Positions 26,139 to 38,787 are shown, counted from the whole stretch's first letter. The stretch: DNA of 63,727 bases, filler included, from Octopus bimaculoides (GCF_001194135.2; 9 parts of 9 records of this genome joined end to end with filler, not necessarily neighbours in it), one strand, 5' to 3'. Notes: generated by a model not told the origin, from the letters alone. A program made the numbers and translations.

Positions 26139-26316
26139 CGTGGTCCAAGATTTCCTTGTTCGGAGCTTTGATCAAAGAATTTTCCAGCTTCCTGATTTCC
26201 TCTTCAGATTTGTAATCTATCCTGTCTTTGTGTTTGCGGATGAAGGAAAGGTTACGGGTCACGTAACCGTTGGTTCCGCTACCCCGTGGGGTAGTTAGAC
26301 CAATTCCGTTATACAT
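26139..26316 (-). CDS. SRRM2: CWC21/SRRM2 (SRm300)-family splicing factor, N-terminal cwf21 region
   Basis: [59 protein letters not shown] is the diagnostic CWC21/SRRM2 N-terminus; a pyrimidine-tract/CAG acceptor at 26372-26374 suggests a 5' UTR intron. Confidence 0.93.
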
Positions 26317-26405
26317 CTGGAATCGTCTCTTCCTGCGTATTTACTCAGTCTTTTTCCCCCACCTCTTTTATCTGTGGTGGGAGACGGGAAAGAGTCTAGT
26401 TTTTG

Positions 26406-26444
<39 letters not shown>

Positions 26445-26857
26445 CGAGACAGTAAATATATTTTTCACATGGATGGTGGAGTGTAGAGATATAGAAAAAC
26501 AGAAGGGAGAGGAGAAAAAAATAAAGCTTTAAAATTATATGAAAATGAATCTCAAATATTTGTTTGCCTTTCTTTTCACATTTCGCAAAGTGTGTGTGTG
26601 CGTGTGTGTGTAAACAGATGTAAGGTTTTTTTTTTCTTTATAATTTATAAACACAGGATTCTTAAACAGTAACAATGACAAACAAAAACATAAATGAATT
26701 CAGAGAAGGCAAAGGAATACACGCAATAAATTTTAAACAGGAGCCTGGGGAGGACAGAAAAAAAAGACTAGATTTATGTTGTGTTTTGTTAATAAGTGTT
26801 TACTTGAATGTTTCGTTAATTAATCACACGCATTATGTATACATGCAAGAACTATCT

Positions 26858-26894
<37 letters not shown>

Positions 26895-27606
26895 AGTTTT
26901 GATAACAAGGGATGTGTATGTAAATATATTGGCCTAAAAGAACCAAGATGTTAGTTAAATCTTCCACAGATGTAAACCTTGTTGTTTACAACGTTTATGA
27001 GTCCATTATTAAAATCTCTCTCAATATATATACACACATATATTGGTCTCCAAGTTGGTCAATACGGTAAGTAAATCCTCCACAGACGTTGGCCTTGTCG
27101 CTGGTCTTTTCCACAAGGTATACACGGCCACTAAAGTAATTTATATCATCCGTGTGTAACGCTTAGTTTCAGAATTCTGGCTGCTGATGAAGGAAATGTT
27201 CTCTATGTGGCCTGTGTGTTTTCTGTACCTTGTTTATCATTTTGTCCACGTTTTTTTTTGCAACGTCCTGTAACCAGATATGCATCTATATACACATGTA
27301 GATCTAGGTATGTACATACATGTACGTATAGACGCATATACTCATATATTATTTGGATTATTTATAGATATATATTGATCTGAATGTTAACCAATATGTT
27401 AGTTAAATTATCTACATACATCAGCCTTCAACTTGTTGTTGATCTTGTTCACAGGTTCAATAATAAAGTCTGTATAATCTGTATGTATTGGCCTACGTGT
27501 TGTCCGTTACGTTAGTTAGAATTCCTTACAGATGCAGGCCATCCTGCTGTTGTTGTTATTGTTCGTCTTCTCCACAACATTTACAAATCGACATCTTGCA
27601 TCCTAC

Positions 27607-27619
27607 CAAGATGGCCGCC
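27607..27619. promoter_or_regulatory. YY1-like motif in a CpG-rich unique patch; candidate promoter or non-coding first exon of the CWC21/SRRM2 gene
   Basis: CAAGATGGCCGCC within CpG-rich unique sequence (~27490-27750), 1.3 kb upstream of the ATG. Confidence 0.4.
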
Positions 27620-27779
27620 GGACACTTCAAAACAAGCAGCGACCTCTCCTGGCAAGCTTTTGAAGAGAAAGAACGATCCCTCACGGAAAGATAACTCGTT
27701 GCGAGCGATAACGTAAATTATCTCCCTTGATCGAGGCGGGCTAATTCTCCGTATGTACAAGTGGCTATTCTTGTACTGT

Positions 27780-28148
27780 GGAGGCGAAATGGCCCAGTGG
27801 TTAGGGCAGCGGACTCGCTGTCATGGGATCGCGGTTTCGATTCCCAGACCGGGCGTTGTGAGTGTTTATTGAGCGAAAACACCTAAAAGCTTCACGAGGC
27901 TCCGGCAGGCGATGGTGGCGAACCCTGCTGTACTCTTTCTCTCACTCTTACTTCCTGTTTCTGTTGTGCCTGTATTTCTAAGGGTCAGCCTTGTCACACT
28001 CTGTGTCACGCTGAATATCCCCGAGAACTACGTTAAGGGTACACGTGTATGTGGAGTGCTCAGCCACTTGCACGTTAATTTCACGAGCAGGCTGTTCCGT
28101 TGATCAGATCGACTGGAACCCTCGACGTCCTAAGCGACGGAGTGCCAA
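27780..28148 (+). mobile_element. tRNA-derived SINE (family A), CpG-intact copy
   Basis: TGGCCCAGTGGTTAGG A-box, GGTTTCGATTCCC B-box; collinear with 18627-18996. Confidence 0.88.
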
Positions 28149-29087
28149 CGACAAATAGAGGTGGCTACTCCTGTACTACGTTATGGACAGATTCTTCAAG
28201 TCGAGGTACAGCTGGTAGAAGACCTAGGGATAAACCAGCAATGAGATGGTTGGATAATATCTATAGTCTCACTTGTTCCTGATTGGGAATCCAGTCGGAA
28301 AGTATTATGACGGTTTGCTAGGGCCGTTGCTAAGTCCCTGCAACCCCTACAGTCGCAGGGGGCCACCGCGGACGTAGATGTGTCATCTATTTACTCTGGT
28401 TAAGACGCTGAACAAGAATTAAACTATGTTAACTGAACATTTAAGCAATAAGATGGTCATACATTGTAAAAATAGAAATATTTATCATAAACCAGGACTG
28501 CCATATTATGTTGGCAAACAATCTTTACTCCAAACTACCGTTACTGAATATCTCTCGTTGTGAGATTTACAAATAGTAGTTTTCTAAACTACAAACTGTT
28601 TTACATTCTGAGTTCAAATCCTACTGTGGTAATTTTTTCCTTTTATCCCTCTAGAGCGGTGGTAGGTGGTCGATGAAACAAAGTACCAGTCATATATTGG
28701 ACTCAAAGGTATTAAACTAACCACTCCTTCCCTCAAATTTAAAGTCTTGTCCCTAAATTAGAAACTGTTATACAGAAGGTGGTAATTCAGACATAAAGTA
28801 AAGTTCTGGGGTCAATTTATTTGACTAACCTTATAATAAGGTGGTGCTCCAGCATGTTCATAGTCCAGTTGTGTGAAAGTAGTAAAATAGTAAACGGAAA
28901 TTATTCACGAAAAAGTAAAAAAAACTGAAAAAGAATTCTTTTTTAAAATTGGTCTCATCTAGCTAACACGATGGTGCTCCAGCATGGCCATAGTCCAACG
29001 CAGTAAAACAAATTGACAAGTAAAAGAATAGTTTACACCAAACAAATTTTAAAAGGAATTACAAGGTAAAAAAAGAAAAAAATTATG

Positions 29088-29159
29088 AGGTCTCACCGAG
29101 ACTTGAACTCGGATCGCTGGATTCAAAGTCCAGAGTGCTAACCATTACACCATGAGACC
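29088..29159 (-). tRNA. tRNA-Gln(TTG): tRNA-Gln, anticodon TTG
   Basis: GGTCTCATGGTGTAATGGTTAGCACTCTGGACTTTGAATCCAGCGATCCGAGTTCAAGTCTCGGTGAGACCT: 72 nt, 7-bp acceptor stem GGTCTCA/TGAGACC, intact D, anticodon and T arms, oligo-T Pol III terminator downstream. Confidence 0.96.
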
Positions 29160-29679
29160 ACTCCTGCCAGCGCCGCTCAAATTAAACTAGTTGTTCAGAA
29201 AGAAGAACTTGTCAGAAGCTTCTTCTGTTTGTTTTTCATTCTATATCTTTAATCTTCGCTATCTTTTCTTGTTCATTTATTTTTAATTGTTGTTGTTAGG
29301 CTAGTGTTGTTCAGATAGTCTCCATAGTAACAGTAATAGAGCGGTTAATGTTTCGAGTCCTGTTTTCGGACTAGTTAGGGCAGTTACGTGATGCGTTCAC
29401 CTTTTGTTGTATTAATTAATACCGGGTGTATAGCGAATGTAATTAGTCACACTTACCGTACTTGTACATAAAAACACGTAGAGACATGTACATGCGGTTT
29501 CACGGTTTCTATGGCGTATGTGTTCCCCCCAGAAACAGGAAGTAAGAGTGAGAGAAAGTTGTGGTGAAAGAGTACAGCAGGGTTCGCCATTATCCCCTGC
29601 CGGAGCCTCGTGTAGCTTTCTGATGTTTTCGCTCAATAAACACTCACACATATACATACATACATACACACACACATAC

Positions 29680-29747
<68 letters not shown>

Positions 29748-31057
29748 GGACATACAGACACATACACTCATGCATGCTCTTGCACACGCACCTACGCGTA
29801 CAGACATATATATACACATACGAGCACAAATATACGCACGAGCTGGAATACACACATACAGAGTGAGGCAGTAATACAAATACACACACATACTGACACA
29901 TATACACATACATTTCAACACATACACACCGACACACACGTACGTGGATAACTATACAGAGAGAGAAAGAGAGAGAGGGAGAAAGGGAGGAAGGGGAGGA
30001 GACATTACAATTCATTAATCGCATACACTCACACGCACGCATACACACACACACACACATACACAGTACAGGCTCATATACGTGCATACATACGAGCACA
30101 CACATGCATGGATATACACAAACGCTCACATATACACACTTACACAAACTCACGCATGTCCCCATACAAACACTCTCACACACACGTGCGCGCATATTCC
30201 TTTCCTCTCAATTTTTCCTTCTTTCTCTCCTCCTCTGCCTTTCTTGTTCATTCTCGCCGTCTTTGTTTTTCCCTTATTTGGTTTCTCTGTTTTTCTTGCT
30301 TTCTTTTTCTTTCTTCCTCTCTTTTCTCACTTTCTTTCTTCCCCCCGTTCTTTTTCCTTTCTTTCTTTTACTCCCTTATTTGTTTGTTTTTTATTCTTTT
30401 ATTTGCTTAAGTCATTTTGACTGCGGCCATGCTGGAGCACCGCCTTTTTAGTCAAGCAAATCGACCCCAGGATTTATTCTTTGGAAGCCTAGTACTTATT
30501 CTATCGGTCATTTTTGCCGAACCGCTAAGTTACGGAAACGTAAACACACCAGCATCGGTTGTCAAGTGACGTTGGGGGGACAAACACAGATGCACAACCA
30601 TATACACATACACATACGCACATATATACATATATATACGACGGGCTTCTTTCAGTTTCCGTCCACCAAAATCCACTCACAAGGCTTTGGTCGGCCCGAG
30701 GCTATAGCAGAAGACACTTACTCAAGGTGCCCCTAGTGGGACTGAACCCGGAACCATGTGGCTGGTAAGCAATTTACTTACCACACAGCCACTCCTGCAC
30801 CTATATTTACCACACAGCCATTCCTGCGCCTATATGCATACATATATGTATGTGTGTATATGTATTACAGACACACACACATCATATACCCTCCACCCCA
30901 CCCACACAAACACACACATACCTATTTGTATGCCTGTGTGAAACGAATGCAATTATAATTTGAATATATGTGATTAGAGCTTGAATATGCCTCAAAGCAA
31001 CTCTCGTGCACACATAAATACACACATCTATACATCCATATATCTATATATACACAC

Positions 31058-31144
<87 letters not shown>

Positions 31145-31217
31145 CCAAGCATGCATACATAATACACTCTTAACGTATACCTATATGTGAACCTACTTAC
31201 CTACCTACCTTCATACA

Positions 31218-31249
<32 letters not shown>

Positions 31250-32321
31250 AATGTATGTATATGACATAATGTTGACACAACACCATTGTCCCTTCTGTCG
31301 GCAATATAAAAGCAAAAATTCAAAGAATGAGATTAAATGAGCGAAGCAGGAGAAAGACAATAAATAAATAAATAAGACAATGTATGAGTAGAGGTGAGAG
31401 AAGACGTAAAAGAGAGGGTAGCAATGTGAGAGAAAGAACAAAACAAGTGGGGTAGAGGTGGGAGCAAACATAAAAGAGAAGGTAGCCAGTGTGAGAGATA
31501 AGAGGGTGAGGGGGAAGCAAAGCAACGGGAGGAGAGGTGACAGCAAATATAAAAGAGAAGGTAGCAACGTAAGAAAAAAGAGGATTAGAGAAAGTGTGAA
31601 ACAACTTGGGTAAAAGTGACAGTAAACANNNNNNNNNNNNNNNNNNNNNNNNNNNNNNNNNNNNNNNNNNNNNNNNNNNNNNNNNNNNNNNNNNNNNNNN
31701 NNNNNNNNNNNNNNNNNNNNNNNNNNNNNNNNNNNNNNNNNNNNNNNNNNNNNNNNNNNNNNNNNNNNNNNNNNNNNNNNNNNNNNNNNNNNNNNNNNNN
31801 NNNNNNNNNNNNNNNNNNNNNNNNNNNNNNNNNNNNNNNNNNNNNNNNNNNNNNNNNNNNNNNNNNNNNNNNNNNNNNNNNNNNNNNNNNNNNNNNNNNN
31901 NNNNNNNNNNNNNNNNNNNNNNNNNNNNNNNNNNNNNNNNNNNNNNNNNNNNNNNNNNNNNNNNNNNNNNNNNNNNNNNNNNNNNNNNNNNNNNNNNNNN
32001 NNNNNNNNNNNNNNNNNNNNNNNNNNNNNNNNNNNNNNNNNNNNNNNNNNNNNNNNNNNNNNNNNNNNNNNNNNNNNNNNNNNNNNNNNNNNNNNNNNNN
32101 NNNNNNNNNNNNNNNNNNNNNNNNNNNNNNNNNNNNNNNNNNNNNNNNNNNNNNNNNNNNNNNNNNNNNNNNNNNNNNNNNNNNNNNNNNNNNNNNNNNN
32201 NNNNNNNNNNNNNNNNNNNNNNNNNNNNNNNNNNNNNNNNNNNNNNNNNNNNNNNNNNNNNNNNNNNNNNNNNNNNNNNNNNNNNNNNNNNNNNNNNNNN
32301 NNNNNNNNNNNNNNNNNNNNN

Positions 32322-32640
32322 GCACAGAGTTGGCATCCAAAACCTTTACTGGCAATAGCTGGCTGTTGTTGTAATTGGGCTCCATGTACCTTTGCGTGTC
32401 GTTTAAGTCCTCCTGCTGAATCACACTCCCTTCCACATGCCCGACAGACAGGATTAGTATGGTGTGTAGCACCACCACCAGCGGCCTTGGTAGTCAATCA
32501 TCGGTCTTGCTTTATGACTACGAAGATGACTCATGAGTCCAGTTTTACTGAGGCAGGGTCTTGCACAGACACTGCATGTCAGAGTCATAGGAAGATCCTT
32601 ACCATCTGGAAGTGCAACAGTGATGCCCTTCCTGACATCC
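32322..32640 (-). mobile_element. Probable RTE-type LINE C-terminus with tandem C2H2 zinc fingers (frameshifted)
   Basis: CSVCARPCLSKTGLMSHLRSH, frameshift, CRACGRECDSAGGLKRHAKVH, then GFGCQLC into the gap; no TGEKP linkers. Confidence 0.55.
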
Positions 32641-32689
32641 CTCCTTAATTTCTCATGTACAATTCGTGATTTCTCAAACATACATACAT

Positions 32690-33230
32690 ACAAGAACCTG
32701 ATGCACAAAAGGGATAGAGATGCAGGAAAGGCAGTAAAATGTGATAACCAATGCAGTTGTCCGAAAATGTCATCACAGTATTATCTACCGATGAGACATG
32801 ATGTTATAGCTAAGATACTCTATGATGAAATCCGTCGGAAGGATAACCCCGAGGACAAAGAAATAAGAACCCACAGTATGGTAGAAGCCATAGTCACTTG
32901 TAATAAGAAGGAGTACTGGTGGAATGTACCAGTGAAGACCTCAATAAAATGTAAGCACAACAGACCTGACATAGTGATTTGGGATAGAGAAGAGAAACTG
33001 TGAAAAAGAGAATACCTACGCTGAACTATTGAGAAATCTGTAGTTACTCTATCTTGGCTACAAGTTTAGGTTTATACCTGTAATTATTGGAGGTCCTGGG
33101 ATGTGTAATACTTTGCCTAAATACCAATCTTGAGACACTGGACTTCTCAAAAACCAGAAAGAAGAAAGCTAATTTGAAGACTATAGATCCAATCCGTCAC
33201 TGGAACTGTAAACATCTGTAAAACTTTTCA
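32690..33230 (+). mobile_element. R4/Dong-like RLE LINE remnant
   Basis: CPKMSSQYYLPMRHDVIAKILY..KEYWWNVPVKTSIKCKHNRPDIVIWDREEKL (RPD motif), followed by a decayed C-terminus. Confidence 0.8.
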
Positions 33231-34296
33231 GAAGTTTATCATTTAAATATATATGAGCATCTCTAGATATGCAACTATATGCATAAGAAGACTTACATAA
33301 AACAAAACATACAAATCTGCACATATACATACATACATACATGAATATATGCATATAAGTATGCACGTTACATAAAAGGTATCACATCTGTATATGCAAT
33401 TATACAAAAGGGTAGACAAGACTTTTTAGAGAAGTGGAATAAATTTTATTCAAGGTTTGGATTTTTTTACAAGTCGCTACCGAAGTTTCATTATTCCAAT
33501 GTTCGGGCGACTTTTTATAAAAAATATTGAAGCTGTTTATATACATAAAATTGTTGAAGCTGTTTATATACACTGGCTAAAAATGCTCATTTCCAGCTGA
33601 AAAATAAATAGGTGGGAAAGGAGAAGACTGGTTTGACATATTAGCATATTGGTAAACATGTTAGGATATTGGAAACCTACCAGGGCCTCATCGATAACAA
33701 AGAACAGTGGGTTGTTGGAATGGCATGTGATGGGCATGAGAATTGCTTTGAGTGGAGTCAAATATAGCGAGGATGAGAAAAACCTGCATTTTGAGGGTTT
33801 CTTTATTTTGTTGCTTTTTATTTTTGGCCTTCGGTGTGGTTGATCAATCAATCCCCAGTCGAGAATCACAGCCACTGGTTATACTATTCACTCTTTCGCT
33901 CGCTGAATACAAAACGTGGTGCGCAAGACCTTCAACTCACTTTTATGTCCTCGTGACTTTGCAGTTTGGCAAAAGTGATCCGATAGAATAATTATCAGAT
34001 TTGAAAACAAAAAGAAAAACAGAAGTACTGGGGTCAATTTATCCGCTTAAACTCTTGAATGCGGTGCCTCAACATGGCTGCAGTCCAAAGATTTGTATGT
34101 TTTATTTTATGCATGTATTCTCATGCATATAGTTGCATATCTATGTATGTACGTGTGTGTGTGTATATGTATATATATTTCGATTCTCCGTCCTCTTTGC
34201 TTCTGTTTTTTATTACTTTTTTTAAAGAAAATCGAATGTTTGTAATCCCTTTTCCTTGTTTTGATGATAATGAGGAGAGCTATCGTTTTGAAAGTA

Positions 34297-34625
34297 TTAT
34301 TCCTTGCGTGGACATGCGGGAAGGTTCAATGGCCCGAATACATTCATTTCGTAGAGGCTTGACAGGACGATGATGGTGGTGTATATACCAAAAAAAATAA
34401 AACCCAGGAGGCGCGTTAACCTCCAGCCAGACAACATTAGAGAGACGAAGAAGAAGAAAACAGTGCCCAGCAGTGTGAGAGAAGAGTAAGTTAAGCCCCT
34501 GCTGTATACGATCACACCTTTATTGTCATTGACCACTGACTGGAGCAGCCAGGGGAAACCGAGACCAATGAGGATATCGAATATGTTGCTGCCGATCGTG
34601 TTTGATATGGCCATGTCGAGGAAAC
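34297..34625 (-). CDS. SLC24A: NCKX (SLC24) K+-dependent Na+/Ca2+ exchanger, terminal coding exon
   Basis: Acceptor tttcag at 34626; G|FLDMAISNTIGSNIFDILIGLGFPW..GPLNLPACPRKE*; alpha-2 GSNIFD motif; phase 1 matches the previous exon. Confidence 0.92.
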
Positions 34626-35917
34626 CTGAAAGAACATGAAGATATATATATATGTATATATGTGTATATATAACGAAAATGAGGGCGAGGGAATGAAGGA
34701 GTAGAAAAGGATGAGATCAGAAGCTGCCGAGGAAAGGGTAGAAGAAGGCGAATGAGTGAGTGAGAGAGAGGGGGAGAGAAAGAGAGAGGGAGGGAGAGAA
34801 GGAGGGAGGGANNNNNNNNNNNNNNNNNNNNNNNNNNNNNNNNNNNNNNNNNNNNNNNNNNNNNNNNNNNNNNNNNNNNNNNNNNNNNNNNNNNNNNNNN
34901 NNNNNNNNNNNNNNNNNNNNNNNNNNNNNNNNNNNNNNNNNNNNNNNNNNNNNNNNNNNNNNNNNNNNNNNNNNNNNNNNNNNNNNNNNNNNNNNNNNNN
35001 NNNNNNNNNNNNNNNNNNNNNNNNNNNNNNNNNNNNNNNNNNNNNNNNNNNNNNNNNNNNNNNNNNNNNNNNNNNNNNNNNNNNNNNNNNNNNNNNNNNN
35101 NNNNNNNNNNNNNNNNNNNNNNNNNNNNNNNNNNNNNNNNNNNNNNNNNNNNNNNNNNNNNNNNNNNNNNNNNNNNNNNNNNNNNNNNNNNNNNNNNNNN
35201 NNNNNNNNNNNNNNNNNNNNNNNNNNNNNNNNNNNNNNNNNNNNNNNNNNNNNNNNNNNNNNNNNNNNNNNNNNNNNNNNNNNNNNNNNNNNNNNNNNNN
35301 NNNNNNNNNNNNNNNNNNNNNNNNNNNNNNNNNNNNNNNNNNNNNNNNNNNNNNNNNNNNNNNNNNNNNNNNNNNNNNNNNNNNNNNNNNNNNNNNNNNN
35401 NNNNNNNNNNNNNNNNNNNNNNNNNNNNNNNNNNNNNNNNNNNNNNNNNNNNNNNNNNNNNNNNNNNNNNNNNNNNNNNNNNNNNNNNNNNNNNNNNNNN
35501 NNNNNNNNNNNNNNNNNNNNNNNNNNNNNNNNNNNNNNNNNNNNNNNNNNNNNNNNNNNNNNNNNNNNNNNNNNNNNNNNNNNNNNNNNNNNNNNNNNNN
35601 NNNNNNNNNNNNNNNNNNNNNNNNNNNNNNNNNNNNNNNNNNNNNNNNNNNNNNNNNNNNNNNNNNNNNNNNNNNNNNTATCTACGTACATACACATATA
35701 TATTATATTATGTATGTATGCTTCATATATATCATATACATATACATACATCCGACATAAACACAGATATCTGTATATATGTATGTGTGTATACATGTGT
35801 ATATACGTCAACCTATGCTAGGATAGGAACGAGACATTAAATGATGATGATGATGATGATAATGAAGATGACAATGATGCTGATGTTGACGCTGACCTTG
35901 ATGACTACGATGACGAC

Positions 35918-35979
<62 letters not shown>

Positions 35980-36232
35980 CGATGATGACAGTAATTGTGA
36001 TGTTGGTGATGATGATGAAATGATGACAACGACGATGGTGATTATGATGGTGATGATGATGAGTACGAAGAGTATTGACAATACAAAGAAAATATTTCGA
36101 GGCTTATCTCATGTCCACCATATCCTCACATCCGCCCTACATCACCTCCACTCTCTTTTGCACCCACTTTTAAGAACAGATAAAAACAAAACAAAACAAA
36201 ACAAAAAACAAAGAAAAAACTGTAATACTAAC

Positions 36233-36334
36233 CATCTTTGGCGACAATAATGCTTGCTATACAATCTGGCATGCTGGTTCCCATAGCTAGGATGGTGAAA
36301 CCTATAACTGTATCTGGGATCTCAAAAATATCCC
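36233..36334 (-). CDS. SLC24A: NCKX exon (alpha-2 repeat), 102 nt, absent from the ORF track
   Basis: tttcag|..|GTTAGT; G|DIFEIPDTVIGFTILAMGTSMPDCIASIIVAKD|G matches the NCKX LAAGTSxPD alpha-2 motif; phase 1-1. Confidence 0.93.
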
Positions 36335-36603
36335 CTGAAACAAATTGAAAAGGATACACAAATCAACCGGCTATATATATAGATAGGAGAATTTACGTAA
36401 AAAACAACAACAGACGAGGACAGGTGGTGTAAACAACAAATGGATGTATTAGTTTAACGCTTGGGAATACAGAGAGTCTTTAACGTTTCGAACTACGCTC
36501 TTCAACAGAAATAATACGGAGAAAACAAGGAGAAAAACACGGAGAAAAAAAATTGAATGGTTTGGTCAACGATCTATCATGGCGACTATATATAGATAGA
36601 CAC

Positions 36604-36636
<33 letters not shown>

Positions 36637-37129
36637 TGTATAACAATACTCTTATAATCTATCATCCAAGTTTGTTTTGTTTTTTTCTTGAAACTGTCGT
36701 GTTCCATTGAATCTTTTAATGATAAAAACAAGTGATGAAAGAATGTTCTTCTCATTTATTCACTATAGCTATTTCTTTTCCTGGAACCGTCGTGTTCCAT
36801 TCAAACTTTTAAATATAGAAATAGATGATGGACTAAAAACGAAAGAATGCATCTTCCCAATTTTTGTTTTCATGGTACCACCATGGTTTTATCTCTCTCT
36901 TCAAACGAAAGAATGCATCGTCCTAATTTTTGTTTTCATGGTTCCATCATGTTTCATTTAGACTTTTAGCAATAAAAACGGATGATGAACTAAGAGTAAA
37001 ACCCTAGGCATCTCATTAAGCCATCATCTCACTTTCTTCACTGTACATATGTAAGCTGAGTACAACATATTCGTTTAGAAATAATACATTTCTAAATCTC
37101 TCAGAGAGATTTATGCAGTAGTGGTACGA

Positions 37130-37315
37130 TGAAGTAGCTGTATGCTGTCAACTTAATGTGACAGTCCCATGAAGGGAATAATACTATTGTTGGTTAGACC
37201 TAGGAAGCGGTGTCAAGGCCGACAGGAAGCGGTGCAGCTTCCTAGGTCTAACCAACAATAGTATTATTCCCTTCATGGGACTGTCACATTAAGTTGACAG
37301 CATACAGCTACTTCA
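37130..37315. repeat. Perfect 79-bp inverted repeat with a 28-nt loop, inside an NCKX intron
   Basis: 37130-37208 is the exact reverse complement of 37237-37315. Confidence 0.95.
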
Positions 37316-37391
37316 ATATATTCGTTATTGTTAATCACACAAGGCATAATGTAAAACATGACATAAAATGGTTACGGTGAAAGAAATATAC

Positions 37392-37607
37392 CTGTTAATG
37401 TAGCAACCCAGACCATTAGATAGGAGAAGATTCCGATCCAGATAATGGACACGATAAACGTACATACACAAAAGCGGAAGCACATTGGCCGCCTACAGTC
37501 TGGCACTGTGAAGTATAATACTATTTTAATGGGAAGCATCCATAACCAGAGACAGCGCTTCCAAGTGCTTTCTGGGAAGGTCAACGGATCAACATGGAGA
37601 CTTTCTA
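37392..37607 (-). CDS. SLC24A: NCKX exon (end of cytoplasmic loop plus TM segments)
   Basis: cttacag|..|GTATAT; ESLHVDPLTFPESTWKRCLWLWMLPIKIVLYFTVPDCRRPMCFRFCVCTFIVSIIWIGIFSYLMVWVATLT|G; phase 1-1. Confidence 0.92.
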
Positions 37608-37802
37608 CTGTAAGACAAGAAGTAGAATGCAAATGACTGAAACAAGTAAAAGAATAAAAGAACGTGTGTGTGTGTGTGTGTGTGTGTGAAATAAAGTGTC
37701 TTGCTCAAGGACGCAAGGCACTGCCGGGAATACAACTGACTTCTTTACGATCGTGAGCCGAATGCCCCAGATTAAAACTCCTCAGCGACTTCTGGGTCAT
37801 CT

Positions 37803-38149
37803 TGTGTACGTATGTATGTATGTGTGTGTGTATGTGTGTATGTATGTATGTGTGTATGCATTTATGTATGTATGTATGTATTATGTATGTATGTATGTAT
37901 TATGTATGTATGTATGCATGCAATTATGTATGTATGTATGTATGCATGTATGTATGTATGTATGTATTATGCATGTATGTATGTAAGTATGTATGTATGT
38001 ATGTATGTGTGTATGTATGTATGTATGTATTATGTATGTATGTATGTATGTATGCATGCAATTATGTATGTATTATGTATGTATGTATGTATGTATGTAT
38101 GTATGTATGTATGTATGCATTTATGTATGTATGTATTATGTATGCATGC
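37803..38149. repeat. (ATGT)n microsatellite; opposite-strand (ACAT)n arrays at ~41131-41187 and ~45487-45781
   Basis: Directly visible. Confidence 0.95.
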
Positions 38150-38787
38150 NNNNNNNNNNNNNNNNNNNNNNNNNNNNNNNNNNNNNNNNNNNNNNNNNNN
38201 NNNNNNNNNNNNNNNNNNNNNNNNNNNNNNNNNNNNNNNNNNNNNNNNNNNNNNNNNNNNNNNNNNNNNNNNNNNNNNNNNNNNNNNNNNNNNNNNNNNN
38301 NNNNNNNNNNNNNNNNNNNNNNNNNNNNNNNNNNNNNNNNNNNNNNNNNNNNNNNNNNNNNNNNNNNNNNNNNNNNNNNNNNNNNNNNNNNNNNNNNNNN
38401 NNNNNNNNNNNNNNNNNNNNNNNNNNNNNNNNNNNNNNNNNNNNNNNNNNNNNNNNNNNNNNNNNNNNNNNNNNNNNNNNNNNNNNNNNNNNNNNNNNNN
38501 NNNNNNNNNNNNNNNNNNNNNNNNNNNNNNNNNNNNNNNNNNNNNNNNNNNNNNNNNNNNNNNNNNNNNNNNNNNNNNNNNNNNNNNNNNNNNNNNNNNN
38601 NNNNNNNNNNNNNNNNNNNNNNNNNNNNNNNNNNNNNNNNNNNNNNNNNNNNNNNNNNNNNNNNNNNNNNGACGAGGATGACGAGGATGATGGTGGTGGT
38701 GGTGGTGGTGGTGGTGGCGGTAGTGGTTTTGGTGGTGGTGACGACGACGAAGACGACGGAGGTGGTGGTGGTGCTGCTGATGGTGCT

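Noticed and set aside
27185-27215. CTGATGAAGG as a further hammerhead
   Set aside because: Only the first half of the core is present; no stem II-GAAA-GUH follows.
27780-27860. SINE heads as tRNA genes (also 18627 and ~52035)
   Set aside because: A/B boxes are present but there is no closing acceptor stem, and they continue into the shared SINE body.
31385-31625. Purine-rich imperfect ~60-bp repeats
   Set aside because: Degenerate minisatellite (AAAAGAGAAGGTAGCAA core) with no coding or structural signal.
35840-36065. Poly-Met / poly-His ORFs
   Set aside because: Intronic (GAT)n microsatellite.
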